Of a stretch of 39,797 bases of DNA, positions 1 through 11,065 are shown piece after piece. A program made the translations under genes and the position numbers. The DNA is taken from NCBI GenBank assembly GCA_001929475.1, contig LXFE01001513.1, forward strand, positions 1 to 39,797. The letters are read 5' to 3'. Under the pieces are notes generated by a model. That model did no database searches. It had not been told where the DNA came from and worked only from the letters and a program-made list of their open reading frames with translations. Origin of the DNA: Neolecta irregularis DAH-3. Taxonomy: Eukaryota. The stretch's first letter is position 1, and the number at the start of each line of letters is the position of its first letter.

Positions 1-136
1 ATCAGCATCGCGGATGGTGAGTGTTTCATCTCCTTCAAACATGCGAAATGAATAAATTGCAGTTGGCGATGGTGGTGAGTCAATCACGCCCTGCTCTGAC
101 TCGTTACCGACAATGGCAGACGCGGCAGCTGTACTC
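1..136. repeat. Terminal direct repeat, left copy (matches 39666..39797)
   Basis: 1..136 is identical to 39666..39797 except for an extra CGAT at 67-70 (agttggCGATggtggtgag vs agttggggtggtgag). Confidence 0.97.
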
Positions 137-901
137 GCCGAATACATTCAGAGTGTGATCCGTCTTTTTAATCTTGTTTAGCCTGCAGGTCTCGATAATC
201 TACCGGCGGAGATTGCCCATGTTTTTGCAGAGCTGCGATTCAAGGAGACCCGCTATACAGATGTGCGTCGCAATATTGCCCGGCGGGACAGCCAACTCCA
301 CAAGTTTATAAAAACGCATGGAGGTCTTGCCGAAAACAAAAAGGAAGCTCATTACTATCCAAAGATTTCGTCCGATTTTGCAAAAGCACGTCAACTGCAA
401 GACGAGAAATGCGTATTGACCGAAAAGGCTCTCGAACTGGTTATACCGTTGCAAGCACATTCTAAACATGCAGATCGATCGTCATATACGGCGTCTTGAT
501 GACGAAATTTCAAAATTGCAAGTAGACGGCCAAATTCCAGTGGACGTGATACTTTCTCAAACGGCGACTAAAGCCCCTCATCCACCTTCACGACCACCTA
601 GTACTCCCGGATCCGTTTACTTCTCATATTCTAGAACGAAGTGCAGCTCACTCGATCGCGATGGAACATGCCGACAGTATGTCTAGCACTAATGGTGACG
701 AAGACAATCAAGTATATTGTTACTGTCAAACAGTCTCGTACGGAAATATGATTGCCTGTGACAATGAAAACTGTCCTCGGGAATGGTTTCATTGGGGCTG
801 TGTTGGATTAACAGCTGAACCAAAGGGAACGTGGTATTGCAAGTATTCACATTTTCTGATATCTTTTGATTCCTAGCGACTGCAAAAAACAGAATAAATG
901 A
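113..901 (+). CDS. YNG2: ING-family PHD-finger protein (Yng2/Png1-like, NuA4 subunit), multi-exon
   Basis: Spliced reading MADAAAVLAEYIQSLDNLPAEIAHVFAELRFKE...DSQLHKFIKTHG (ING N-terminal domain). C-terminal PHD finger VYCYCQTVSYGNMIACDNENCPREWFHWGCVGLTAEPKGTWYC..DC. ATG at 113; TGA at 899-901 after a final short intron. Confidence 0.9.
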
Positions 902-1002
902 GGGCCGCAATTCCATTTATCATCAATGTACAAATTTATTCCCAATTTCGCCTCCATCGCCAATGATCGTAAAATAATGCTACAAATAATAATAATAATA
1001 AT

Positions 1003-3285
1003 TTAATGTTCATAGTAATTGTGGTTTGTAGGGAGTTGGAAATTTGGATTGTGATCTTGGACAGGCAAAGTCTGGTTGTAGTGGGCTGGGGGAACATGAA
1101 GGACTGAGGAGTCGATTCCAGCAGCACCAATTTCGCCTACGAATGTGTCCCAACCGTACCAACTGTTTGAAACGCTTGGAAGCATATGGACAGTAGGAGG
1201 CTGCTGATCAGGCAGCCATGGGCAAAATTGTTGAGAGGGTACAGGTGGGTGGTACGAAAACGATTCTCGAGGACTGTATCGAAGAGCAGAGTGAACACTA
1301 GTTTCGGCAGTTTGCTTTGTTGGCCGTTTCCGTTGTGTTCGACGGAGTGTAGCAGATGACAAGACTGAAACCATTTCACGGAATCTCTGAGCCACGCCCC
1401 ATCGTTCGCCGATCTTTTCCATGATATCCATCGACATGCGAATTTCCGTCTCGAGAGCTGGGTCTTGATTACTTGCCAAATTATCTCCCTTTTCCCATAT
1501 TGAATACAAGATAGTCATTGTAGCTAGTAGACAGAGCGAAGCCGAGTTCCAGGACATATCGAGGACGTTGTATCGCAGCATAAGACCCTGCGTATGAATA
1601 AGCTGTCGGGAAGCCTCGGTGCAAATTGACAAACTTGCGGCGCTGAATAGAGGGGAAGTAACGTTAGAAAAGAGGGATGGATGCCGAACGAGTATTTTGA
1701 GCTCTAAACAGGAGAGACGTATTAATCCTTGTTGACAGAGTAAAATTCTATTTTCGACTCGGGCATCCATGTTAAACTTTAGATTTTGGGGCACGAGATC
1801 TTGATATTCGTCGAGTTCGCGTTCGATTTCGTCGACTACATTGACATACGATGTCCTGTCTGGTTTTTTTACACTGTACAACCTTTCCATTATTTTGTTT
1901 GAGACGACGGTTAGACGAAACTAGTATTAGATTCGGGAGCGAGCAAGATTTACAAAGAAGCAAGCGGCGGCATAAGTCGGCTGTTCGTTCTTGAATGGCG
2001 GCAAGGAAGTGTCTTCAAGATATTCATCTTCAAATCCATCAGGTTGTTCTTGATCGTAATCAGCGACTCTGCATGGTCAACAGTATACTGGCGGGACAAA
2101 GACCGAACAGAGAGGGGTCTCCCCATTTGCTGGGCAATAATCGTGTCCCAAGCGACGATTATCCACCAATTTCGTTTTCGCAGTTCTAATTCAAGTAATG
2201 AAAAGCTTTGCTTGTCTGATTTTCTGTGGAGGCCAATTTCATAGGCCATGGATGTAACTGAACGACCAATGTGCCTTTGTGATTAGCTTGAATGAATGAT
2301 TTAGTACCAATAACTTGCAGGCCGTACTGTTCCTCGCAGGTAGGTAAACATCATGGAGGCGGCTTGCACGCACGGGAGATCTGTGTTTGCGAGTAATTTT
2401 GTAAAATGCGGTTGAACCTGAGTATATAGATCTCTGTGATTTATGGCACGAAAAGCTGATTTTAAAGATTCTGGGACGTATTCTATTTGGAACATGACTC
2501 GGGATAGAGCCCAGACCATGTGGTATTGAATCAGCCAGGGGTATTTGAGCTCGTAATTAGGATTTGTGTACATATTTCTGATTTCACGCATGTGAGAGGG
2601 TTTGTGCAGGATGCCGACGAGAGGATTGCATATTGAAAAGTAAGTTTCTGAGAGAAAGTAGGCGAGTTCTATAGGGGGCAAGCGGTTGATAAAGTCGTTC
2701 ATTTCGACGTCTGGGCCTGAATATACGAAATCGCCATCGACTTGGGAAGAGGGGTCCCAGTCGGAGAGGTGAAAATCGATTCCGAGCACCGTTAGTGCAG
2801 AGTGTCGCACAGAATCCATAAACATGGCTCTGCTGGATCCTCCGAGATAGTTTTGCTGTCCGGAAGCCCATTCGGCTTCGCGCTCTTGGGGTTGGTTGCG
2901 TGCTGATTTGACTGAGCTGGAGTCGCTTTCCTGGTCTGGGGCTGCGATATTCAGGTCTGGACATTCGAGTTTGATGATATTTTCCAGCATGCGCACGCGG
3001 TCAAATGCAGTTTCTGCAACCTGGAGTCTGGCTTCGAGTTCTTCGATATAACCGCGGGGAACCGCGCGATTGCTGATGCGGTCTGTTGTTTTGCAGATGA
3101 CGCCTGCATTTAAGCAGGCCTGGCAGTTTGTTGTACTGCCGTCGCACTGGAAAACCACAAGTCAGCAACAAATGAACCAGGCGGCAAGTAGCGAAATGAA
3201 CCTTGATCTTGCGAGATCTGCACCGGTCGCAGGCAATTCCCGTCCGCTTCTTTTCTTTTCCCTCGTGCGGCGTGGCCTTTGGCAT
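1003..3285 (-). CDS. Zn(II)2Cys6 fungal transcription factor with Fungal_trans middle homology region, multi-exon
   Basis: KRTGIACDRCRSRKIK/CDGSTTNCQACLNAGVIC binuclear cluster across an intron. Middle-region motif AYEIGLHR...ELELRKRNWW...QMGRPLS. Exons join through short GT-AG introns. Confidence 0.9.
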
Positions 3286-3321
3286 TGGAGATCAGGCGGT
3301 GAATGGCGGGCAACCGCCACG

Positions 3322-3814
3322 ATGGCCAGTGTGCGGCTCCCAAGTTTTCCGAGCGAGGAATTGCACATTTTCCTGTTTAGAGATGTAGAAAACGGTGCAG
3401 AAATACGGCGGCAGCTGATTTTGGGCAATGCCGAGTATCGGTATGCGTTTATCGATGCAAAGACGGTAGTACGTGTGGGAACCATATTTATATGCAGATT
3501 GTTTCGCATCTTCAGCTGCTAGCTGCATGTCAAAAGGCATTAACCTGGAAGAGAAACTCGATAGTCGAAGACGTGAAATTGAAAGATATGAAATTGGAGA
3601 AGAAGAAATTGGAGAAATTGGAGAAATTGGAGAAATTGAAAGATATGGAGAAAGATATGGAGAAAGATTTGGAAGATATGGAGAAAGAGAAGAAATTTGA
3701 AGAGAAATTGAAAGATATGGAGAAAGATATGGAGAAATTGGAGAAATTGAAAGATATGGAGAAAGATTTGGAAGATATGGAGAAAGAGAAGAAATTTGAA
3801 GAGAAATTGAAAGA
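3322..3814 (+). CDS. CGI121: EKC/KEOPS complex subunit Cgi121, 5' part only (runs into a K/E repeat and an assembly gap)
   Basis: MASVRLPSFPSEELHIFLFRDVENGAEIRRQLILGNAEYRYAFIDAKT, intron 3466-3497, then IVSHLQLLAACQKAL, resembling the fungal Cgi121 N-terminal half. No C-terminal half is seen after the gap. Confidence 0.75.
3573..3814 (+). repeat. Cytosine-free purine-rich tandem repeat (GGAGAAATT and GAAAGATATGGA units, higher-order structure)
   Basis: No C between 3573 and 3814. Translates in frame as KLEKLEKLKDMEKDMEKDLEDMEKEKKFEEKLK, with this block repeated. Confidence 0.95.
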
Positions 3815-3824
3815 NNNNNNNNNN
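3815..3824. other. Assembly gap (10 N)
   Basis: Run of ten n characters. Confidence 1.
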
Positions 3825-4514
3825 TTAGCTGCATTTCGAACTATTAATCGCCGGGATCTGAGAGTCTTGCGTAGTGGGCCCTTCCAGTTCTACCAAGAAA
3901 TTCTTCCTCAATGGCAAGGGTTGCTCCCACCTTATTGGAGCGGGTAGACCCGGAAATTGCGATGCTAAAACAATTATATTTAAAATTCAATCTACCTAGA
4001 CTTCGTTAATAACTAGTCTACACCCACTCAGCTTTGAACAAATCATGAGGGTCGAATATCCCAGCTGCTTTAGAACCTCCTTTTACACTCCCCCAGAAGA
4101 GTCACTTCGGTCACAGCACCAAACGATAAAGTTACAAAATATTTCCAATCGCATGATATTGAAATTAATTAAGATGATACTGAACATGAGAGAATAAAGG
4201 CGAGCATTGCAAAGTAATAACGTCATAAGATCAGACCATTCTAATTAATGCCTGAGAGATAGTTGATCCCTTCTTCCCCCAACAACTGATGTTATCGAGT
4301 GATAGTATCTTCATGGATCCTGGCGACAGGGATTCCTTGGATCCCTTTTACAATAATCAGAGTGAGACATAGCTCTGTCGTTCCTCTTGTCTTTCATTAG
4401 TTAGCAAAGTCGTTCTAGAGAACCGAACTATAAATCGCATGATAAGGAAGTGGTGCCCTCGAAAATCAATACAAGAAGAAGCCAGTGTGGCAGTACAAAC
4501 AAGTATACCAGTAC

Positions 4515-6413
4515 ATGAAACGACGTGAACCTGACCTCGAATCTCCATCAATGGATGCCAAAGGGACTTGGGACGAGAAAACATTGACTGGAAAATTACA
4601 GCTTGTGACGAGTAAATTACTTGTGGAACAAAGAGGGATTGAAAGAGTTCTTCCCGAAGACCGAACGGATACCTCCCTGGTATGCATCAAATTCCTTTCA
4701 ATCCAATTGTTCAGTTGCACATGGTTACAGTTTGGTGGAGTGCAAACATTGGTATTATGACGATGTCTGTGGGCATACTGGGACCAGGTATCTGGTTCTG
4801 TTGTTATATGGCTAAAGATTTAGCATTGTTTAGACTCAGTTTTCACCAGATGTCTTCGCAGTTAACATTCAAGGTTTTTGGGAATCAATTTCAGTGATAA
4901 TCGTCTTCAATCTTTTAGGTCTTGCTCCAGTAGCATTTTTCGCAACGCATTCTCTATAGATACACCTTGTATACTGACTTCTTTAGCCTTAGTCCTCAAT
5001 TTGGGCTCCGTCAAATGGTGCTTACACGTTTTAGCTTTGGATGGATAGGTATGTGTATTATCGCGAGTTCTACTGAGTTATGAAAGGAACACGAGTCATA
5101 TGTATTCTTAACCTTCTTACAATGTAAATATTCTCTCATTCTTTGTAGCTGACTCAAGTATTGGCTGGGGGTCCATTGGACTCATTCTATCTTCAGAAAT
5201 CCTCTTTGCAATTACAAAAGTTATTCCTTTTCGATTTAGCACTATAGGTCTAGGCATTCTTGCCTTCAGTATTGCATTTTGTGGTTATGATGTCATTCAC
5301 AAATTTCAATCATATGCTTATATTCCTTCGCTGATATCGATCATAATTGTTCTGGTAGAGCTTGGGAAAGATGGATCATTCACAGTTTCCGTCCCTAAAA
5401 ACTTGAATAAGGCAGAAGCGATCCTCAAATTCGCTGCGTCGATTATGGGTGCCAGCATTGGATGGTAAAGTTCTATTCAAATCACGAACACTGATGTTTA
5501 AAGGACTCCCATGGCTGCAGATTATAACATTATGAGACCTGCTGATACCCAGCAGGCCCCGATTTTCTTTTTAACCTATTTTTCACTAATGTATACAGTA
5601 TCCAACTGTAATTCATCTGATTCAAAGTCTTTCTGTGGCAGCTTCTGAAGCGGTCGGAGCAGCTTGTGGAACAGTCGTATTCAAGAGTTCTCATTATGCA
5701 GATTCTTATAAGCTGGGCAACATCGCCGGACTCTTGGACGACCTCTTGCAACCTTTAGGAGATATTGGAAAGAAAGTAACTTTCGTCCTCTTCTTATTTA
5801 CCGCAATGTCATCAAGCATTCTCTCCAAATACTCTACTGGATTCGCAATTCAGGTTTGGTTTCGTATAGTTAGAGATTGGTTAAATATCAAAAGGCACTC
5901 GGGAATCGGGCCCTACTGATTCCACGATGGTTATGGACGATTGTGGGAAGTGCTATGGTGACCGGGGTTGCGCTCATCGGAGCCAACAGTTTCAACAAGG
6001 TTTTGACAAACCTATTAGGCATCGCGTCTTACTGGATGTCCATATATACCTGTATTGTGCTGGGTGTCTTACGCCGTTATTGTCTAAGCTTATCATGGAT
6101 AGAAGAACATATCATATTTCGTTCTAGATACGGGTACAAACTCGACGATTGGAATACACCTTCTCGATTACCTGTTGGTATAGCAGCTGGGGTTTCTTCG
6201 ATTGTTGGAGTCATAGGTGCGGTGTTAGGCATGCAGCAGCCGTGGTTCACAGGTCCTATCGCTAAGCTTATCGGATCTCCAGGAGGAGATATAGGATTTG
6301 AGTTGTCTGCAATGTAAGGAATTCGTACAGAAAAAGTAACTAACTCATTGAGCTTGGTTGCGATCGTTTATCCTCCGGTAAGGTATCTCGAGTATCAAAG
6401 GATGCGACGGTGA
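4515..6413 (+). CDS. Purine-cytosine permease (FCY2-like, NCS1 family), copy A, many short introns
   Basis: VEQRGIERVLPEDRTD, WWSAN, PQFGLRQMVLTRFSFGW, IPRWLWT, EEHIIFR..Y..DDWNTPSRLPVGIAA, WFTGPIAKLIG.PGGDIGFEL, YPPVRYLEYQRMRR*. The exons checked join in frame, including across a GC-AG intron at 4947-4986. Confidence 0.9.
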
Positions 6414-6636
6414 AATCAAAAACATACTTAAAGGCCTATCCTGTTATTAGTAGATTATTTAACCCGATATGGCAGTATACTCATCTATGATAAATTTGCA
6501 CGATTAAAGTCCCTCTGCTAGCCAGATGTGGACCTACTTAAATAGTAATTCCTTGAGGCACACTTCGCTACTGCCTATTCGCTCATTCCTCTGCGGACGC
6601 CCATCCGTTCCGCACATCTCCTCATTGAGTTCATTA

Positions 6637-6851
6637 GCTCTTCTTGCGGAGCAGTCGATCGATCCCGCTGTGAGGATATTACTGCTCTGTTTGTCAATAA
6701 TGAGGTTGACTTCCTTTGAGCTTCAGAGCTCTTCTTGCGGGCAGAGAGATCAATCGCGTGTCAACGGTATTGCCACCCTCTTTGATAGGGGTGCGACTGA
6801 CTTCCTTATTGTGCTTCCCAGCTCTTCTTGCGGATGGAGAGATCGATCGCG
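6637..6851 (-). repeat. Three degenerate ~93-bp repeats, probably a decayed repeat-coding ORF
   Basis: GCTCTTCTTGCGG recurs at 6637, 6728 and 6821 (spacings 91 and 93) with similar flanks. Confidence 0.7.
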
Positions 6852-7260
6852 CTTTGAGGATGTCGTTCCTTGGCTTGCCGGTGGCGGTGGTTATTTGTCC
6901 TTGGTGGCTGTGTGGGTTACGGGAATCTGATACCCAATAAATAAACCCTTAAATTTCATTTTGCATATCCCCATAATTTCTGGAAACTGGAGAAATGCTC
7001 AAAACATGCTAGTATGAGAATTATTTAACACATATTGGTAGAACTGAGAAGAAACCCCTGAAAACAAAAGAAAAAGGTACTCTGTCATGTGTCCGATTAG
7101 AGGTCCTAATTTCCTTTGGGGGCCGTGAGAATCCAATATAGGCTTGTTCTCTTTCATACTGTGAAACCTCAATGATGACTCCAGTATACACTGGAAAAGA
7201 TTACTTTAGTTCAACCTCGCCGAAGATCTGTTTAAATGGGCCAAATTGAGAAGATATACT

Positions 7261-9186
7261 TCAACGCCGCATCCTTTGATACTCGAGATACCTTGCCGGA
7301 GGATAAACAACTCCAGTCAGTCTAAATAAATCAATTAGTCTCTTTCCCCTGAATCTTTACAAAGCAGAGATCCCAAATCCAATATCGCCTCCGGTAGATC
7401 CGATTAGCTTAGCGATAGCACCTGTGAACCAGGGCTGCTGCATGCCTAACACCGCACCTGTGATTCCGAAAATCGAAGCTGCACCAGCTGCGATACCAAC
7501 AGGTAGTCGGGAAGGTGTATTCCAATCGTCGAGTTTATAACCGTATCTAGAACGAAATATAATATGTTCTTCTATCCATGTTAAGCTTAGACAATAATGA
7601 TATAGAATACCCAGCACAATGCAGGTATAGATCGACATCCAATACCCTATGATGCCAAGCATGTTTGTCAGAGCCTCGCTAAAATGCTTGGCTCCAACGA
7701 GCGCAATCCCAGTCGCTATAACACTTCCCACGATAGTCCATACCCACCGGGGGACCATTAAAGCTCGATTGCCAAGTGTCTTTTAATGTCAACCAACATT
7801 CACTCCTCTAAACCAACCTGAATCACGAATCCGGTAGAGTATTTACTCAGAATGGTTGAAGATATACTAGCAAACAAAAACATTGCGAAACATAACATTT
7901 TTCCGGTATGCCCTAATGACTCCAAAACTTCACTCAAAAGGCCGCCTATATTATCACTTTGATAAGCATCTGCATATCGAGAATTTGCGAAAATGGTTGT
8001 TCCACAAGCTGCCCCTACAACTTCCGAAGGAGCCATCGAAAGCCTATGAATTCAGACAAATTACAGTTCAAAATGATGTACATTAGCGATGCATAAGATA
8101 CGAAATATATTTGAGTACGTTTGGTATCAGCCGGTCTCATGACATTGTAATCTGCACCGGTAGATGCCCTTTTTTATCGTATGAATTATAGTTTGGAAGC
8201 ACATACCATCCAATTCCACCCCCGAATATTGCTGCAGAAAAATTGAGGACTGCTTCCGTCTTATTCAAATTCATCGGAGCGGAAACCGTGAATGATCCGT
8301 TTCTCCCAAGCTGTACCAGAACAATGATGACCGATATTAGCGAAGGAATATAGGCGTATGATTGAAATTTGTGAAGAACTTCATAACCCAGGACGGGAAC
8401 AATGAGTCCAAGAAAGGCGAAAATCAGGATACTCAGCCGATATGAAATCGCCTTTGTCATTGCAAAGAGAATTTGTGATGAAAGAATAAGTCCAATAGAG
8501 TCCCAGCCGAACCTAAATAATCAGAAAGCCTTAAATAACTAGTCTACATTACAAGAAGTTCCAATAGACATACGATTCGCGTTCCTTCCGTGGCTTAGTA
8601 TTTTGAATATGACAGCCATACCGATCCATCCAAAACTGAAACGTGTAATAACCATTTGACGGAGCCCAAATTGAGGACCAAGGCTGAAATTGTCAGCAAA
8701 CAAGGAGTATCTGTAGAGCATGCGTTGCGAAAAATGCTACTGGAGCAAGACTTAATAGATTGAAAATAATTATCACTGCAGTCGATTCCCAAAAACCTTG
8801 AATGTTAGCCGCGAATACGTCTGGCGAAGACTGAGTCTGAATACTGCTGGTCCTTCAGCAAACAAATAGCGGAACAAGATACCTGGACCCAAAATTCCCA
8901 CTGACATTGTTGATATACCAATGTTCGCGCTCCACCAAACTGCAACGATGTGCCACTAAACCATTTGGGTGAAATGTACGTTGAAAATGCATACCAATGA
9001 AGTATCCGTTCGGTCTTCGGGTAAAACTCTCTCAATCCCTCTTGTTTCAACGAGGGGTTTACTTGTGAATCGTGGCAGTAATCCATTCAAGACCCTTTTA
9101 TCTCGAATCTTTGATATTTCGACTTGGTCAAGAACTTTTGGAGTTTTAATTGAATAAGACTGAGCATCATTCATGTCCTGCTTCAT
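7261..9186 (-). CDS. Purine-cytosine permease (FCY2-like, NCS1 family), copy B
   Basis: Same motifs and intron positions as copy A (VETRGIERVLPEDRTD, GPQFGLRQMVITRFSFGW, DDWNTPSRLPVGIAA, RYLEYQRMRR*). GC-AG intron at 8684-8723. Confidence 0.9.
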
Positions 9187-10762
9187 AGTTGCGTATGGCC
9201 ACGGTGTTGTTTGAACGCAGTCGTGAGAATATATCTTGAAGATCCATTGTCCTTATCAAGCAGTTTCATAGCTTGATCTATTCGTATAACTCTTGGAACA
9301 AAGGGATGATAACAAGAACAAGAATATATTTTAGCCCTTGTTCTTTTCTCGTGTGAAAGTGACGAATGACTTGTATTACCAAGCTTTTGGAAGAATTAAC
9401 TGACACTTCGATGCTTGTCTCGAAATTTCATAACCATTAATTTAGCAATAAATTCGCTCCTAAATGAGCCTTCGATCTCAAGGTGGTCTATATGGAATTA
9501 CTACGTCACATCTTTCTACTGCCATGTTTTTATCTAGTGTCTGCTTGATTTATGGCTACGTACAACCCCGAAATCTCGTACACTTCTTGTTTTAGTTGTA
9601 GAGTCATATCACTGCAGTGGAAGTATCGGGACTGACAGCTGAAGTACATGTAGTATCAGAAAATTGGCAGTGGATCTGCAAGTCGGCGATACCGCACAGA
9701 TCACCACGGAAATTGCATTAGAATATTCCTATGCTCTAAGATTACAGGTAGTATAAGTACCCTCCCATACAGGTTGATTTTATATAATACATATTGTAAG
9801 ATGAGAAGTGCGATTATTCTCCTTACTCAAACTAAGGGATAACAGATTCCGAATTCATCCGTGTTGGTAACCTATATCACCACAAAACGGACTACTGGTA
9901 AGTCTGTCTGCGTGTCCGTATCCCCGAAGTTTGCACCATAGCTGACCTAGGAGCAGCTCCTGCCATTAATGTCAGTAGATGCTTGCTTATCTTTCCATCA
10001 TTTAGCAGGTTTTCAAATACATACTTGGATCTAGGTCAATGGAGGCTCTTGATTCAACCGAAATCTAGCACAATATTATCCCTCTAACCGTCCTGAGGCA
10101 TTCAAGCATTACAAAAATCTCGTGGATGATGGTCGATTGAGGAGACAAGATATAGTTTTATTATGAGTACATTGTGTTCTGTCCCACCTGTGGAATCGTC
10201 CAACCTCACCATCAAATCTGTGACTGTCCTACTGTGGGGACTTGATCATCCCCCACGATCAGACGCCATGGGCACCCCAAGTCGTAAGCCACCATAATTC
10301 CCCCAAAAATGGTTCAAGATTCACTGACGTTGATACTAACCGAAGCAGTCTGTCTGTGGCAAGCAGTACCACTGAGCCAAGTCAGGATGGTCACAAGCTT
10401 TGCCACCCGAGAGGTATGAAGGGAGGCAAACCGAGATAAGGAAGTGCATGCGCCAGTTCTTCTATAAGTAGGACCTGGCTTGATTAGCAAGCCAGGCCAA
10501 ACCGGAGCAACAATATACATAATTGCCTTTATTTCCAGAATCGTGATCGTATATTTCCAGCAAAGCCTGCCGAGCGGCAAGTCCAGACACACACCTACCT
10601 GCAGAATCCATCAACCTCACCATTTGATATTAAGTCCCATTTATAGTGACCCACCAGTGGAAACATCCGGCCTCACCACCAAATCCACCAACCTCATCAC
10701 ACCCATGCATATAAAATCTACCAACCTTCTCAATTTCATCCCCCCATCACGTCTGTTGCTAT

Positions 10763-11065
10763 AAGAATTCAAATATATTCCACGAGGCTACAGAAAATAA
10801 AGTTGCAATTGAAGATAGAAGGGTTGTTTCAATTTCTGATGCATACTCATGTATTTGAATGTCACACCTGGATATATGCCATGGTGGTATAAATAAGACC
10901 AACAATGAGGTTAATAAGTAGATATATGGGATTGCTAAAGAAGATGTGGATTGGCTAATCCCTTACTGCCTTGTATGTCAGATGAATGCCCAGAGCAAAG
11001 CCTGAGCACCATTGACTGCTATTATTGCTACTTGTGTATTGGAAAGAATTCAAATCAATCTCTGT
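10763..11065 (+). mobile_element. Degenerate integrase/transposase relic (H2C2 zinc-binding domain plus start of the rve core), Ginger/TDD- or LTR-integrase-like
   Basis: A single frame reads ...SCI*MSHLDICHGGINKTNNEVNK*IYGIAKEDVDWLIPYCLVCQMNAQSKA*APLTAIIATCVLERIQINL. This shows the H-x4-H...C-x2-C pattern followed by an ERVQIDL-like motif, with three in-frame stops. Confidence 0.65.

Noticed and set aside
986..1002. (AAT)n tract between YNG2 and the TF gene
   Set aside because: Ordinary AT-rich 3'-end microsatellite.
3573..3814. CRISPR-like array
   Set aside because: Tandem low-complexity units with no unique spacers, no cas genes, and a eukaryotic context.
3825..3947. LAAFRTINRRDLRVLRSG after the gap as the continuation of CGI121
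   Set aside because: Frame continuity across an N gap is meaningless, and the conserved Cgi121 C-terminal motifs are not visible in the forward frames.
4515..5220. Permease copy A as a pseudogene (fragmented ORFs, stops)
   Set aside because: The frame is restored by short introns, a 15-nt exon and a GC-AG intron, all mirrored in copy B.
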